Shown piece after piece: positions 1-11,174 of a stretch of 64,000 bases of DNA. Positions within the stretch are counted from its first letter, which is position 1. Every line of letters begins with the position of its first letter. Location: assembly GCA_902766965.1 (NCBI GenBank), contig CACXFJ010000033.1, positions 2,589 through 66,588 on the forward strand, in the 5' to 3' direction. A model generated the notes under the pieces. That model worked only from the letters and a program-made list of their open reading frames with translations. It did no database searches and had not been told where the DNA came from. The position numbers and the translations under genes were made by a program. This DNA comes from an uncultured Eubacteriales bacterium (GTDB taxonomy: Bacteria > Bacillota > Clostridia > Christensenellales > DTU072).

Positions 1-430
1 CGACGTGTATCCTATGTATCTCGATTGCCCCTGCCGCCTTAAAGGGGTAGGAAAGGAAGTCGAAAAAGTTGCTATCCCCGACGGAATGAAGTTCGTTCTC
101 GTCGAAACGGGAAAAGGGGTAAGCACTAAACTCTGTTTCGACCTTTACGACTCGGTGGGAGGAGAAAATCCCGACGGCGACGAAATTATGAAAAAGTTAT
201 CGGCAAGAGAATATTTTACGCCGATAAACGCTCTTTACGACGGAGCGGTGAAGTCGGTTCCCGAAATCAAGGACGCGTCGGACGTGTTGAGTAAGGCGGG
301 GTTCCGTTGCGGAATGACGGGCAGCGGAAGCGGAACGTTCGGGTACGAATACGACGAGAAAGTCTTTGAAGAAAAACTGTCGGCTCTTAAAAAGTCGGTA
401 GGAAAAAAATATAGGATAACAACCTTTTAA
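1..430 (+). CDS. ispE: GHMP-kinase family protein, C-terminal part (probably 4-diphosphocytidyl-2-C-methyl-D-erythritol kinase); 5' end outside the window
   Basis: Frame is open to the window edge. GMTGSGSGTFGY is the glycine-rich C-terminal GHMP-kinase motif. Stop at 428-430, just before the glgB RBS. Confidence 0.5.
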   Translation, partial: DVYPMYLDCPCRLKGVGKEVEKVAIPDGMKFVLVETGKGVSTKLCFDLYDSVGGENPDGDEIMKKLSAREYFTPINALYDGAVKSVPEIKDASDVLSKAGFRCGMTGSGSGTFGYEYDEKVFEEKLSALKKSVGKKYRITTF

Positions 431-439
431 GGAGAGGAT

Positions 440-2419
440 ATGACCAAGAACACTTATGATTATCCCGTGTACTTGTTCAACGAAGGTACCAACTTCGAAT
501 CGTACAAGTTTTTTGCGGTGACACCCGTGCATAAGGATAAGAAACGTATGTGGCGATTCAGAGTCTGGGCGCCCAACGCGGAAAGCGTGAGCGTAGTGGG
601 CGATTTCAACGGCTGGAACCGCGACGCCAACCCTATGGTAAAGCTCGGAACGACGGGTATTTGGGAAGGTTACGTCAAAGGAATTAAGCGGTACAACAAC
701 TACAAGTATTCCATTCAGGGCGTGGACCACGTAATAAGACTGAAAGCCGATCCGTACGCCACGCACAGCGAAACCGCTCCTGCTACCGCGTCGAAAATTT
801 ACGACATATACGGCTACGCCTGGGGCGACTCGGAATACCTTGCGGCAAGAAAGGGGCGTAACAGTTACGAACTTCCTATGAACATTTACGAAGTTCACGC
901 AGGTTCGTGGAAAATTAACGCCGACGGCAATTTTTATTCCTATCGTCAGTTGGCAGACGAATTAGTACCCTATGTCAAGGATATGGGGTACACGCATATA
1001 GAACTTCTTCCCGTGACCGAACATCCTTTCGACGGCAGTTGGGGGTATCAGGTGACGGGACTTTTCGCGCCCACTTCCCGCTACGGTACGCCGCACGATT
1101 TTATGTATTTCGTCGACAAGTGCCACAAGGAAGGAATAGGGGTAATTATGGATTTCGTATTGAGCCACTTCCCGAAAGACGAATTCGGACTTTACGAATT
1201 CGACGGAACCTGTCAATACGAATACGAAGATATTTACAAGCAGGAACATAAGAGTTGGGGTACGAGAGTATTCGACTACAACAAGCCGCAGGTAAGAAGT
1301 TATCTTATAAGCGCGGTCGATTTCTGGTTTACCAACTACCACGTAGACGGTATGCGGTTGGACGCGGTGGCAAGTATGCTTTACCTTAACTACGACCGCC
1401 GCAACGGAGAATGGCGTCCCAACGAAAAGGGAGGAGAATTCAATCTCGAAGCCATTTACTTTTTGCAGACGCTTAACCAAACCATATTGACCCGTCACCC
1501 CGACGTAATGATGATAGCGGAAGAATCGACGGCTTTTCCGATGGTCACGATGCCTCCGAAGATAGGCGGACTCGGATTTAATTACAAATGGAATATGGGT
1601 TGGATGAACGACACTCTCGACTACATAAAGACCGACCCGCTTTTCCGAAAAGGTAATCACGACAAACTGACGTTCTCGTTGACTTACGCGTTCAGCGAAA
1701 ACTATATTCTGCCGTTTTCTCACGACGAAGTGGTACACGGCAAGTGCAGTCTTATAGGTAAGATTCCCGGGTCGTACGAAGAAAAGTTCGGCGGGTTGAA
1801 GACTTTACTTTCCTATCAGATGGCGTTCCCCGGGAAAAAGCTCAACTTTATGGGCAACGAATTCGGGCAGTTTATCGAATGGGATTACAAAAAGAGCCTC
1901 GACTGGTTCTTATTAGACTACGACAGCCATACCCTTATCCGTTCTTACATAAGGGATATGAACAGAATGTATCTCGACAACAAACCTATGTACGAACTCG
2001 ACTGCTCCTACGACGGGTTCAAGTGGGTAGTCGTAGACGACAGAAGTCAGAACGTGATAGCCTTTACCCGTTACGACAAGAAAGGCGACGGAATAACGGT
2101 AATTATAAACTTCTCGCCGGTAAAGAGAAGCGATTATCGCATAGGCGTGGACAGACAGGGCGTATATACCGAAATACTCAATTCCGAAAGCGTAAAGTAC
2201 GGCGGCAAAGTCGAGTGCGGAAAAGAATACGTCACGATAGACGAAGCCCGTCACGGAAAAGAACAGTCTATATCTCTGGAAGCGGAGGGCAATTCGGCTA
2301 TATTCATTAAGTGGACAAAACCTCTCGACGAGAGTCAAATAAAACGCATTAAAAAAACAAACGACACGATGAAGGGAGAAGAGATTCCCGCAACAACCCG
2401 CAAGGGAAGAACAAAATAA
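440..2419 (+). CDS. glgB: 1,4-alpha-glucan branching enzyme (GH13)
   Basis: 659 aa with a GGAGAGG RBS. CBM48-like WAPNAESVSVVGDFNGW. GH13 conserved regions DFVLSHF, GMRLDAVASM, MIAEEST, FSHDEVVHGK. First gene of a glgBCDAP-ordered cluster. Confidence 0.95.
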   Translation: MTKNTYDYPVYLFNEGTNFESYKFFAVTPVHKDKKRMWRFRVWAPNAESVSVVGDFNGWNRDANPMVKLGTTGIWEGYVKGIKRYNNYKYSIQGVDHVIRLKADPYATHSETAPATASKIYDIYGYAWGDSEYLAARKGRNSYELPMNIYEVHAGSWKINADGNFYSYRQLADELVPYVKDMGYTHIELLPVTEHPFDGSWGYQVTGLFAPTSRYGTPHDFMYFVDKCHKEGIGVIMDFVLSHFPKDEFGLYEFDGTCQYEYEDIYKQEHKSWGTRVFDYNKPQVRSYLISAVDFWFTNYHVDGMRLDAVASMLYLNYDRRNGEWRPNEKGGEFNLEAIYFLQTLNQTILTRHPDVMMIAEESTAFPMVTMPPKIGGLGFNYKWNMGWMNDTLDYIKTDPLFRKGNHDKLTFSLTYAFSENYILPFSHDEVVHGKCSLIGKIPGSYEEKFGGLKTLLSYQMAFPGKKLNFMGNEFGQFIEWDYKKSLDWFLLDYDSHTLIRSYIRDMNRMYLDNKPMYELDCSYDGFKWVVVDDRSQNVIAFTRYDKKGDGITVIINFSPVKRSDYRIGVDRQGVYTEILNSESVKYGGKVECGKEYVTIDEARHGKEQSISLEAEGNSAIFIKWTKPLDESQIKRIKKTNDTMKGEEIPATTRKGRTK

Positions 2420-2431
2420 GGAGAGAATCAA

Positions 2432-3637
2432 ATGTTAAGTACAAAGAAAGAATGTGTGGCAATGTTGCTTGCAGGCGGACAAGGTACCCGTTTGGGCGTG
2501 CTTACTCAGGACGTAGCCAAACCTGCCGTTCCGTTCGGCGGAAAGTACAGAATAATCGACTTTCCCATATCGAACACGATAAACTCCGGTATCGACACGA
2601 TAGGCGTGCTTACGCAGTATCAGCCGTTCGAACTTAATCAGTATATCGGCAACGGTCAACCGTGGGATTTGGACAGACTGAACGGAGGCGCCTTCGTTTT
2701 GCCCCCTTATCAGAAAGGCAAATCGGGCGAGTGGTACAAAGGCACCGCGAACGCTATCTATCAGAACATTAACTTTATCGACAGATACAATCCCGAATAC
2801 GTCCTTATATTAAGCGGCGACCATATCTACAAGATGGATTACTCCGAAATGCTCGACGCGCACGTGAAAAACAACGCAGACTGCACCATAGCGGTACTTA
2901 ACGTCAGCATAGAAGAAGCGAGCCGTTTCGGTATAATGAACACCAACGAAAATAACGAAATTTACGAGTTCGAAGAAAAACCGAAACACCCGAAGTCAAC
3001 TAAGGCGAGCATGGGTATTTATATCTTCACCTGGAGCAAATTAAGAGATTATCTCATAAGAGACGAAGAAAACAAGGACAGCAGCAACGACTTCGGCAAG
3101 AATATTATTCCTATGATGCTCAAAGACGGACAAAAGCTTTTCGCTTACGAATTTTCGGGATACTGGAAAGACGTAGGCACCATAAGCTCTTTATGGGAAG
3201 CGAATATGGACGTTCTGTACCCCGAAAAAAGCGGACTTACCTTGAACGACCGTAAGTGGAAAATCTACGCGAGAAACACCGCCGAACCCCCTCACTATAT
3301 CGGCGAAAACGCCGTAATAAGCAATTCGATAGTCAGCGAAGGCTGTAACATCGACGGGAAAGTAACTAATTCGGTAATCTATCACGGTTCTACGGTGGAA
3401 CGGGGCGCGGAAATAAAGGACAGCATAATAATGCCCGGTACGAAAGTGGGAGCAAATTCCCGTATATGCCACGCGATAGTCGGTTGGAACGCAACTATCG
3501 GAGAAAACTGCGTAATAGGCGCGCCGCAAAAAGCTCCCGTCGGCGGAGAGTGGAAGATAGCGGTGGTTGCGCCCGAACTCGAACTCGAACGCAACAGCGT
3601 AGTCAAAGAAGGAGAAATGAAGGGAGGTAACAAATAA
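2432..3637 (+). CDS. glgC: Glucose-1-phosphate adenylyltransferase, catalytic subunit
   Basis: [14 protein letters not shown] and [15 protein letters not shown] nucleotidyltransferase motifs. C-terminal left-handed beta-helix repeats. AAGGAG RBS. Confidence 0.95.
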   Translation: MLSTKKECVAMLLAGGQGTRLGVLTQDVAKPAVPFGGKYRIIDFPISNTINSGIDTIGVLTQYQPFELNQYIGNGQPWDLDRLNGGAFVLPPYQKGKSGEWYKGTANAIYQNINFIDRYNPEYVLILSGDHIYKMDYSEMLDAHVKNNADCTIAVLNVSIEEASRFGIMNTNENNEIYEFEEKPKHPKSTKASMGIYIFTWSKLRDYLIRDEENKDSSNDFGKNIIPMMLKDGQKLFAYEFSGYWKDVGTISSLWEANMDVLYPEKSGLTLNDRKWKIYARNTAEPPHYIGENAVISNSIVSEGCNIDGKVTNSVIYHGSTVERGAEIKDSIIMPGTKVGANSRICHAIVGWNATIGENCVIGAPQKAPVGGEWKIAVVAPELELERNSVVKEGEMKGGNK

Positions 3638-4749
3638 TGAACAATATGATGAGCGTCCTTTTCGCAGCGGGCAACGAAGCGAAATTAAACGAACTTACTT
3701 TACACAGAACCACGGCTTCTCTTCCTTTCGGCGGAAGATACCGCCTTATCGACTTCACTTTAAGTAATCTCGTCAACTCGGGAATAACGCAGATAGGTAT
3801 AGTCACGAGAAGCAATTATCAGTCCCTTATGGACCATATCCGTCAGGGCAGAGACTGGGACCTTAACCGTAAAAACGGCGGTATAAGCGTTTTTCCGCCC
3901 TTCGTGTACAACTCTTCGAGAGAAGTATACAAGGGAAAAATCGAAGCTATCTATTCTATCCTTAACTTCCTTAACAAATCGAAGGAAGATTACGTCGTTA
4001 TCAGCAACTGTAACGTCGCCGCAAACATCGACTTCGAAGAAATTTTCGATAAGCACGTCGAACGTAACGCCGCCGTCACCGTCGTGTGCCATAAGGGATA
4101 CACCACCACTTCTCCGAGAGTCGTGATAGAATGCGGAGAGGACGAGAAGATAACGGACATTTACGAGACCGAATACGTCGGCAACGAAGAAAAACTCATC
4201 TCGCTCAACACTTACCTTATTAAGAAAGACCTGTTAATCGAGTTGGTTCAGAAAGCCTACGCGAGAGGCTTCGTCGATTTTGAAAAGGATATCCTGTTCA
4301 AACTCGTCGGCGAAGGAAACGTTTACGCGTACGAACTTACTCAATACGCCGCGATAGTGGACGACGTGAAGACATATTACGGAGAGAGTATGAATCTTCT
4401 CAACTTCGAGACGAGAGAAGCCTTGTTCGGACAACCGGGAAAGATTTATACCAAGGTAAAGGACAGCGTTCCTACCATATATAAAGAAGGGGCTAAGGTA
4501 AGTAATTCTCTTCTCGCAGACGGCTGCGTTATAAACGGCACCGTCGAAAACAGTATTCTTTTCCGTAACGTAAAGATAGAAGAAGGGGCGATAGTCAAAA
4601 ATTCCATCGTTATGGAAAACGGCGTCGTCGGCAAGAATTCCAAACTGTCTTACGCCATCACCGATAAGGACGTGACGATAAGCGACGACAGAGACATATC
4701 TGGACTTATAACCTATCCCATAGTTATAGTAAAGGGTAAGAGAGTTTAA
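3637..4749 (+). CDS. glgD: Glucose-1-phosphate adenylyltransferase, GlgD (regulatory) subunit
   Basis: GlgC paralogue. PFGGRYRLIDF is retained but the G-rich loop is degenerate (AAGNEAKL). Start overlaps the glgC stop (TAATG). Position matches Firmicutes glgC-glgD pairs. Confidence 0.9.
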   Translation: MNNMMSVLFAAGNEAKLNELTLHRTTASLPFGGRYRLIDFTLSNLVNSGITQIGIVTRSNYQSLMDHIRQGRDWDLNRKNGGISVFPPFVYNSSREVYKGKIEAIYSILNFLNKSKEDYVVISNCNVAANIDFEEIFDKHVERNAAVTVVCHKGYTTTSPRVVIECGEDEKITDIYETEYVGNEEKLISLNTYLIKKDLLIELVQKAYARGFVDFEKDILFKLVGEGNVYAYELTQYAAIVDDVKTYYGESMNLLNFETREALFGQPGKIYTKVKDSVPTIYKEGAKVSNSLLADGCVINGTVENSILFRNVKIEEGAIVKNSIVMENGVVGKNSKLSYAITDKDVTISDDRDISGLITYPIVIVKGKRV

Positions 4750-4801
4750 TAAAAACACAAGTCACAGACAAATATACACAAGTACCATTCAGGAGGTCAA
4801 T

Positions 4802-6226
4802 ATGAAAATATTATTTGCGACCAGCGAAGCGGGTCCGTTCATGAGAACGGGCGGTTTGGGGGACGTAGGGCAGGCTCTGCCTTTGGCTCTTACGAAAGAA
4901 AAACAGGACGTGAGAGTAATTATGCCCCTTTACGACGGTATCAAGGATATTTACCGTCAGACTATGCAATTTTTGGGTTCGAAGGTGGTTACGCTCGGCT
5001 GGCGTCAGCAGTACGCGGGCGTATTCTTCTACGAATACGAAGGAGTCAAGTATTACTTCATCGACAACGAATACTATTTCAAACGTTTCGGTATCTACGG
5101 TCACTACGACGACGGCGAAAGATTTTCTTTCTTTTCGAGAGCGGTTTTAGACGTGTTGACCCTTATCGACTTCACGCCCGACGTAATTCATTGCAACGAC
5201 TGGCAGACCGGACTTATTCCCGTGTATCTCGACGCTTTCTACAGAGGCGACGAGCGTTACGCCAATATCCGTACCGTAATGACTATTCACAATATAGAAT
5301 TTCAGGGAGAAATGGACAAGAGTTGCATTTCCGAAGTGTTCGGTATCCCCGCTTCGCACGCAAGCATCGTCGAATATAACAATAACGCGAACATGCTTAA
5401 AGCCGGTATAGAAGCGAGCCACGCCGTCACTACGGTAAGCCGCACTTACGCGGAAGAAATTCTTAATCCGTACTTTGCTTACGGTCTGGAAGACATTCTC
5501 GCAAAACGCCGCTACAAAATAAGGGGAATACTCAACGGTATCGACACCGACGTATATAACCCGGCGAAAGACAGCGCGCTTTTCGCTAAATACACCTTAA
5601 AGACGGTAGCGAAAAAAGCCGCCGACAAAAAAGGTTTGCAGGAACTCGTAAACCTGCCCGTTTCCGCCGACAAACCCCTTATAGGTATGGTAACGAGACT
5701 TACCAATCAGAAAGGTATGGACCTTGTGATGGAAGTCATAGAAGAAATCCTTTCCATGGACTTACAAATGGTAATTCTCGGTACGGGCGACTGGAAGTAC
5801 GAAACCGCTCTTAACGAACTTTCGAGAAGATACGGAAATAAACTTGCCGTAATTATAAACTTTTCCAAAGACATCGCGAGCAAGATTTACGCAGGCAGCG
5901 ATATGTTCCTTATGCCGAGCAAATTCGAGCCGTGCGGATTAAGTCAACTTATCGCGATGCGTTACGGTTCGGTACCCATAGTCCGCGAAACGGGAGGCTT
6001 AAAGGACACCGTACCGGCGTTCAACCCCGTTACCCGCGAAGGCAGAGGATTTACTTTCAAGACCTACAACGCCTACGATATGCTCGACGCTATAAGGAGA
6101 GCGGTAGGCACCTATTACAACAAGGAAGAGTGGGCGTCGATAGTAAGCAACGATATGAGCGGAGATTACAGCTGGAAAGCGTCCGCAAAAGAGTACGTAA
6201 AACTTTATAACGAAATCACGAAATAA
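4802..6226 (+). CDS. glgA: Glycogen synthase (ADP-glucose type, GT5)
   Basis: KILFATSEAGPFMRTGGLGDV N-terminal motif and PSKFEPCGLSQL GT-B motif. AGGAGG RBS. Confidence 0.95.
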   Translation: MKILFATSEAGPFMRTGGLGDVGQALPLALTKEKQDVRVIMPLYDGIKDIYRQTMQFLGSKVVTLGWRQQYAGVFFYEYEGVKYYFIDNEYYFKRFGIYGHYDDGERFSFFSRAVLDVLTLIDFTPDVIHCNDWQTGLIPVYLDAFYRGDERYANIRTVMTIHNIEFQGEMDKSCISEVFGIPASHASIVEYNNNANMLKAGIEASHAVTTVSRTYAEEILNPYFAYGLEDILAKRRYKIRGILNGIDTDVYNPAKDSALFAKYTLKTVAKKAADKKGLQELVNLPVSADKPLIGMVTRLTNQKGMDLVMEVIEEILSMDLQMVILGTGDWKYETALNELSRRYGNKLAVIINFSKDIASKIYAGSDMFLMPSKFEPCGLSQLIAMRYGSVPIVRETGGLKDTVPAFNPVTREGRGFTFKTYNAYDMLDAIRRAVGTYYNKEEWASIVSNDMSGDYSWKASAKEYVKLYNEITK

Positions 6227-6232
6227 CGAAAT

Positions 6233-6260
6233 ATTCCCCGATAGCGGTTTATCGGGGAAT
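6233..6260 (+). terminator. 10-bp stem-loop between glgA and glgP (attenuator or mRNA-stabilising hairpin; no T-run)
   Basis: ATTCCCCGAT (6233-6242) pairs perfectly with ATCGGGGAAT (6251-6260) around an 8-nt loop. It is not followed by a U-tract, so it is probably not a full terminator. Confidence 0.35.
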
Positions 6261-6351
6261 AGTATTGTAAAAGTGCGGAAAAAGCTATTTACGTAGACAC
6301 TTTTTTCAACGAAAAATTATAATATTATACATAGGAGAAATAAATAGTTAT

Positions 6352-8772
6352 ATGATAAATATTGCTAAAAAAGAATTGGAACAGCTTATAGAACTCAAAC
6401 TCGCAAAAATGTTCGGCGTGAAGAAAGAAGACGCGAGCGAACAAATTATGTACAGAGCTTTGTGTCTCGTAGTCAAAGACTTACTCACGCAGGAAAGAGT
6501 CGAATTTAAGAAAAAAGTCCGCAAGACGGGAACGAAACAAATCTATTATATGTCGATGGAATTCCTCCTCGGCAGGTCGTTAAGGAACCATTTATATAAC
6601 AGCGGAATACTCGACGTCGCAACCAAAGCCGTCAAAGAAATGGGCTTCGATATAAATCGTCTTATGGAGATAGAACCCGACGCAGGCTTAGGAAACGGCG
6701 GTTTGGGTCGTCTTGCCGCGGCGTATATGGACAGCCTTACCGCATGCGGATACGCGGCGGGCGGTTTTTCGATAAGATACGACTACGGTATTTTCAAGCA
6801 GAGAATAGTGGACGGCTGGCAGATGGAACTTCCCGACGACTGGTTGAACAACGGCGACGTATGGCTTAATCCGAGAGAAGAAGACACCTTCGAAGTTAAG
6901 TTCGGCGGAACGCTGGAAGAAAACTGGGTGGACGGAAAACTTAAAGTGGAACAAAAGAACGCGACTACGATAGTAGCCGTTCCGTACGATATGAACGTAA
7001 GCGGATACGGCAGCGACGCTATCAACACTCTTCGTCTTTGGTCGGCGCGCGCTCCGATGGGATTCGATATGAACCTCTTTTCGAGAGGGGAATACGTCAA
7101 GAGCATAGAAGCCAAAGCCATGGCGGAAGCTATAAGCAAAGTTCTTTACCCGGCGGACAACCATTACGAAGGAAAATCGTTAAGATTAAAACAGCAATAC
7201 TTTTTCGTCAGCGCGTCTATTCAGAGCATATTGAAAAAGCACCTTAAATACAACGAAAGTCTCGATAATCTTCCCGAAAAGGTGGCTATCCACATCAACG
7301 ACACACACCCGACTCTCTGCATACCGGAACTTATGAGAATACTTCTCGACGATTACGGATACGGCTGGGACGACGCGTGGAAGATCATTACCGAAACGGT
7401 ATCTTACACCAACCACACCGTCATGCAGGAAGCGTTGGAGACCTGGCCGCAGGACTTGTTCAAGACCTTATTGCCGCGTATCTTCCAGATAGTGAACGAA
7501 ATAAATCAGCGTTTCTGCGCGGAATTATGGAAAGTTTATCCCAATCAATGGGATAAAATCGCCGCCAACGCGATAGTGAGCGACGGAGTAATCAGAATGG
7601 CTAACCTCTGCCTTGCGGCAAGCCACACCATTAACGGCGTCAGCGTACTGCACAGCAATATTCTTAAAGACACCGTTTTCGCGGACTACTACAAAGTAGC
7701 CCCCGAAAAGTTCACTAACGTAACCAACGGTATCACTCACAGAAGATGGGTGGCGGAGGCCAATCCGCTCCTTGCCGACTTCATCACCGACAAGATAGGC
7801 GACGGCTGGATTAAGGACGCGTCGCAACTTGAAAAACTTTTGCCTCTGCAAAACAACCGCAACGTAGCGGAAGAGTTGGCGAAAATAAAGAGAGCGAACA
7901 AGGTTCGTCTTGCCGAATATATAAAGAAAGCAAACGGTATATCGGTAGACCCCGACAGTATTTTCGACGTACAGGTAAAGAGACTACACGAATACAAGCG
8001 TCAACTTCTTAACGCTCTGCACATTCTCGACCTATATTATCGTCTTAAAGATAATCCTAATCTCGACATCGTACCGAGAACCTTTATTTTCGGAGCGAAA
8101 GCGGCGTCAAGCTACTATATGGCGAAACAGATTATCCGTCTTATCTGCGTAATGGCGGACGTCATCAACAACGATAAGGACATCAAGGGCAAAATAAAGA
8201 TAGTTTTCCTCGAAAATTACAGAGTGTCCTTAGCCGAAATAATAATGCCCGCAAGCGAAGTCAGCGAACAAATATCGATAGCCGGTAAAGAAGCGAGCGG
8301 CACGGGCAATATGAAGTTTATGATAAACGGCGCGGTGACGATGGGAACCATGGACGGAGCCAACGTGGAAATTCACGAGAGAGTGGGCGACGAAAACATC
8401 TTTATTTTCGGACTTCTCGCCGACGAAGTGGCTAAACTTTATAAAGAAGGATATCACCCCACCACTTATTATACGAGCGACAAGAGAATAAAGAGAATAA
8501 TAGACAATATGCGTTCCGGTATCGGCGGAGTAATGTTCGGCGAAATAGCCGATTCTCTCACGATAGGAAGAGGTTCGCAAGCCGACCCGTATATGTGTCT
8601 TGCCGACTTCTCGTCCTACTGCGACGCGCAGGAAAGACTTAACGCGGCTTACCTCGACAAAAACCGTTGGGGCAGAATGAGCCTCGTCAATATAGCAAAG
8701 GCAGGTTTCTTTGCGGCAGACAGAAGCGTGGAGGAATATGCTACCCGTATTTGGAACCTCACAAGAGTATAG
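6352..8772 (+). CDS. glgP: Glycogen/maltodextrin phosphorylase (GT35)
   Basis: 806 aa with the EASGTGNMKFMINGA pyridoxal-phosphate lysine motif. Typical phosphorylase N-terminus (YYMSMEFLLGRSL). Confidence 0.95.
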   Translation: MINIAKKELEQLIELKLAKMFGVKKEDASEQIMYRALCLVVKDLLTQERVEFKKKVRKTGTKQIYYMSMEFLLGRSLRNHLYNSGILDVATKAVKEMGFDINRLMEIEPDAGLGNGGLGRLAAAYMDSLTACGYAAGGFSIRYDYGIFKQRIVDGWQMELPDDWLNNGDVWLNPREEDTFEVKFGGTLEENWVDGKLKVEQKNATTIVAVPYDMNVSGYGSDAINTLRLWSARAPMGFDMNLFSRGEYVKSIEAKAMAEAISKVLYPADNHYEGKSLRLKQQYFFVSASIQSILKKHLKYNESLDNLPEKVAIHINDTHPTLCIPELMRILLDDYGYGWDDAWKIITETVSYTNHTVMQEALETWPQDLFKTLLPRIFQIVNEINQRFCAELWKVYPNQWDKIAANAIVSDGVIRMANLCLAASHTINGVSVLHSNILKDTVFADYYKVAPEKFTNVTNGITHRRWVAEANPLLADFITDKIGDGWIKDASQLEKLLPLQNNRNVAEELAKIKRANKVRLAEYIKKANGISVDPDSIFDVQVKRLHEYKRQLLNALHILDLYYRLKDNPNLDIVPRTFIFGAKAASSYYMAKQIIRLICVMADVINNDKDIKGKIKIVFLENYRVSLAEIIMPASEVSEQISIAGKEASGTGNMKFMINGAVTMGTMDGANVEIHERVGDENIFIFGLLADEVAKLYKEGYHPTTYYTSDKRIKRIIDNMRSGIGGVMFGEIADSLTIGRGSQADPYMCLADFSSYCDAQERLNAAYLDKNRWGRMSLVNIAKAGFFAADRSVEEYATRIWNLTRV

Positions 8773-10501
8773 CGGACCGCTTCTGTTCGATTCGAGAAGT
8801 ATAAGATACAAATCGCCGTTCGGCGGGATAAGCACCCGTCGGACGGTTCATATACTTTTTCCCGTGGCGGCTTATCTTAATTCGGTAAGCGTAGCTCTCT
8901 TTTTACGGCGTAACGACCATACGACGAAGTACCCTTTAAGCCGCGTGGATAAGACCCACGGCTACGTCAATTACGAGACGGAGTTTACGGTAGAAAGAGC
9001 GGGGACGTACTATTACAGGTTCGAGATTTATCACGAAGACGGCGGCGTAAGCTACGTCGGCAACGACGGCAACGGCAAAGCGATAATCGGAGAATGGCTA
9101 CCCGAATGGCAACTTTCGGTATACCAAAACAGCTATTCCACCCCAGATAGTTTCAAGGGCGGAGTAGTGTATCATATTTTCTGCGATAGATTTTTCCACG
9201 CGGGAGAAGATAAAAAACCGCGTTACGGCGTGACTAAGGCGTGGGACGAAGAAGTTACTATCGAGGACGCGGACGGAGTGTTCAGAGCCAACGATTTTTA
9301 CGGCGGCGATTTCAAGGGGATTATTGAAAAACTCGATTATCTTTACGAACTCGGAGTGACCGATATTTATCTTTCGCCGATATTCGAAAGTTCGTCAAAT
9401 CATCGTTACGACACCGGCGACTATATGAAAGTAGACGGACTTTTGGGGAGCGAAAAGGACTTCGAAGAGCTTATAAAAAAAGCCGACGAAAAGGGTATCG
9501 GAATTATTCTCGACGGCGTGTTCAATCACACGGGAGCCGACAGCATATACTTTAACAAGTTCGGTCATTACGACGGCGTGGGGGCGTATCAGTCCAAGTC
9601 GAGTCCGTATTACGACTGGTATACTTTTTACGACTATCCCGACGATTACAACTGTTGGTGGGGTTGCACGGTAGTGCCTACCGTCGCTCGCGACGCGAAA
9701 GATTTTCACGAGTTTATAGCGGGTGAAGAGGGCGTGATAAAGAAGTGGACGGACAAGGGCGTCAAAGGCTGGCGACTGGACGTCGTGGACGAACTGTCGG
9801 AGACTTTCGTCAAAGAGATACGACGCAGAATAAAAAAATGCAATCCGGACGTTACCGTCATAGGAGAAGTCTGGGAAGACGCAAGCACTAAATACAGTTA
9901 CGGCGAAGAAAGAGAGTATTTCAGGGGCGAGGACCTCGACGGAGTGATGAATTACGTCTTTAAGAAATCTATTCTTAAATTTCTTACCGGCGGAAGCGGA
10001 GAGGATTTTGCTTCGGAAACGATGCAGATTATCGAAAACTATCCCAAACAGTCTTTGGATACCTGTCTTACGCTTATCGACAGTCACGACACCGTGAGAG
10101 CCATAAACTATCTTTCGGGAGCGAACGGCGGAGAAACGAAAAAAGAACGCCTCGATTACAGGTTAAGTCCCGAAGAGTACGAAAAAGGGAAAAAACTTCT
10201 TATGCTCGCCTCGGCGTTGCAGTTTTTCCTGCCCGGAGTACCGAGCGTTTATTACGGCGACGAGATAGGTATGCAGGGCTTCGAAGACCCGATAAATCGC
10301 CGCCCTTTCGACTGGAACAATATCGACGGCGATATACTCAATCATTATCGCAGTCTCGGCAAATACAGACGGGAACACAGAGAAAAGTTCGTTTTGCCTG
10401 CTACGGTTTGCGGACGGGGCGGAAAAGTAATCGTAAAGAGAGAGGGGCTTACCCTTTACGTCGACCGCGACGAAAACAAGTTTTTAGTGGCGTTTCAATA
10501 A
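8738..10501 (+). CDS. Cytoplasmic GH13 alpha-glucosidase / neopullulanase-like enzyme (glycogen or maltodextrin trimming)
   Basis: GH13 regions GIILDGVFNHTG, GWRLDVVDEL, VIGEVWED, LIDSHDTVR. N-terminal beta-sandwich domain and no signal peptide. The start is ambiguous: ATG 8738 (GGAGGA only 2 nt upstream) or TTG 8711. Either start overlaps the glgP 3' end. Confidence 0.85.
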   Translation: MLPVFGTSQEYSGPLLFDSRSIRYKSPFGGISTRRTVHILFPVAAYLNSVSVALFLRRNDHTTKYPLSRVDKTHGYVNYETEFTVERAGTYYYRFEIYHEDGGVSYVGNDGNGKAIIGEWLPEWQLSVYQNSYSTPDSFKGGVVYHIFCDRFFHAGEDKKPRYGVTKAWDEEVTIEDADGVFRANDFYGGDFKGIIEKLDYLYELGVTDIYLSPIFESSSNHRYDTGDYMKVDGLLGSEKDFEELIKKADEKGIGIILDGVFNHTGADSIYFNKFGHYDGVGAYQSKSSPYYDWYTFYDYPDDYNCWWGCTVVPTVARDAKDFHEFIAGEEGVIKKWTDKGVKGWRLDVVDELSETFVKEIRRRIKKCNPDVTVIGEVWEDASTKYSYGEEREYFRGEDLDGVMNYVFKKSILKFLTGGSGEDFASETMQIIENYPKQSLDTCLTLIDSHDTVRAINYLSGANGGETKKERLDYRLSPEEYEKGKKLLMLASALQFFLPGVPSVYYGDEIGMQGFEDPINRRPFDWNNIDGDILNHYRSLGKYRREHREKFVLPATVCGRGGKVIVKREGLTLYVDRDENKFLVAFQ

Positions 10502-10531
10502 AGTTTTGTCGGCAACGGCGAGGAGAAATAA

Positions 10532-11122
10532 ATGGATTTTACCGTAAAATGTAACAAAAAAGATTATTTTAAGTGCAGTATGTACTATATGCGTCGATAT
10601 TTCGGATTGCGCGAGTGCATACTTTTGGCGATTTTGCTTACGGCGGGAATACTGTTGCAAGTGTTTGCCGATATGACGCTCGTGCTGATATTTTTCGGCG
10701 TGACGATGTTAGTGGTTCTCGTCACGGCGGTTTTGTTCGTGTGGACGTCGGTATCGGGATATAAGCTGGAGCTTGAAAAGCAAGGCATAGCCTACCATAA
10801 AATCCACTTCGACGAAGATTCTCTTACAGCCGTTTACTTAAACGCCGGCGGAGAACAAATAGCGACGGAAAAGTTCGATTATTCTCAAATAGAAGCCGTC
10901 GTGATAAGAAAAAAATTTATTTATATTTACGCGGGAGTGGCGATTTTCTACTACTTGAAAAAAGAAGAAATAGGGGAAGAAAAATTAACCGATTTAGCCG
11001 CCTATTTAAGAACCAACGTGCCGAAAGAAAAGTTCAAATTCAAGACCGTTAAGCGTATTTACCCGAAAAAGAAGAAAATATCCATAGAAGGAAACGACAA
11101 CGAAAACGATAACGAAAACTAA
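10532..11122 (+). CDS. YcxB-like membrane protein (two TM helices plus a bPH-like domain), unknown function
   Basis: 196 aa. Two hydrophobic helices (ILLAILLTAGILLQVF, LIFFGVTMLVVLVTAVLFVW) are followed by a soluble domain with the YcxB-like layout, then a low-complexity NDNEN tail. Confidence 0.6.
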   Translation: MDFTVKCNKKDYFKCSMYYMRRYFGLRECILLAILLTAGILLQVFADMTLVLIFFGVTMLVVLVTAVLFVWTSVSGYKLELEKQGIAYHKIHFDEDSLTAVYLNAGGEQIATEKFDYSQIEAVVIRKKFIYIYAGVAIFYYLKKEEIGEEKLTDLAAYLRTNVPKEKFKFKTVKRIYPKKKKISIEGNDNENDNEN

Positions 11123-11144
11123 AACAAATATGGAAAAAACAATA

Positions 11145-11174
11145 AAACGTCGCCGGAACAAGGCGGCGTTTTTT
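11145..11174 (+). terminator. Rho-independent terminator
   Basis: 10-bp stem AAACGTCGCC / GGCGGCGTTT (one G-U pair), 7-nt loop, then T6. Confidence 0.8.
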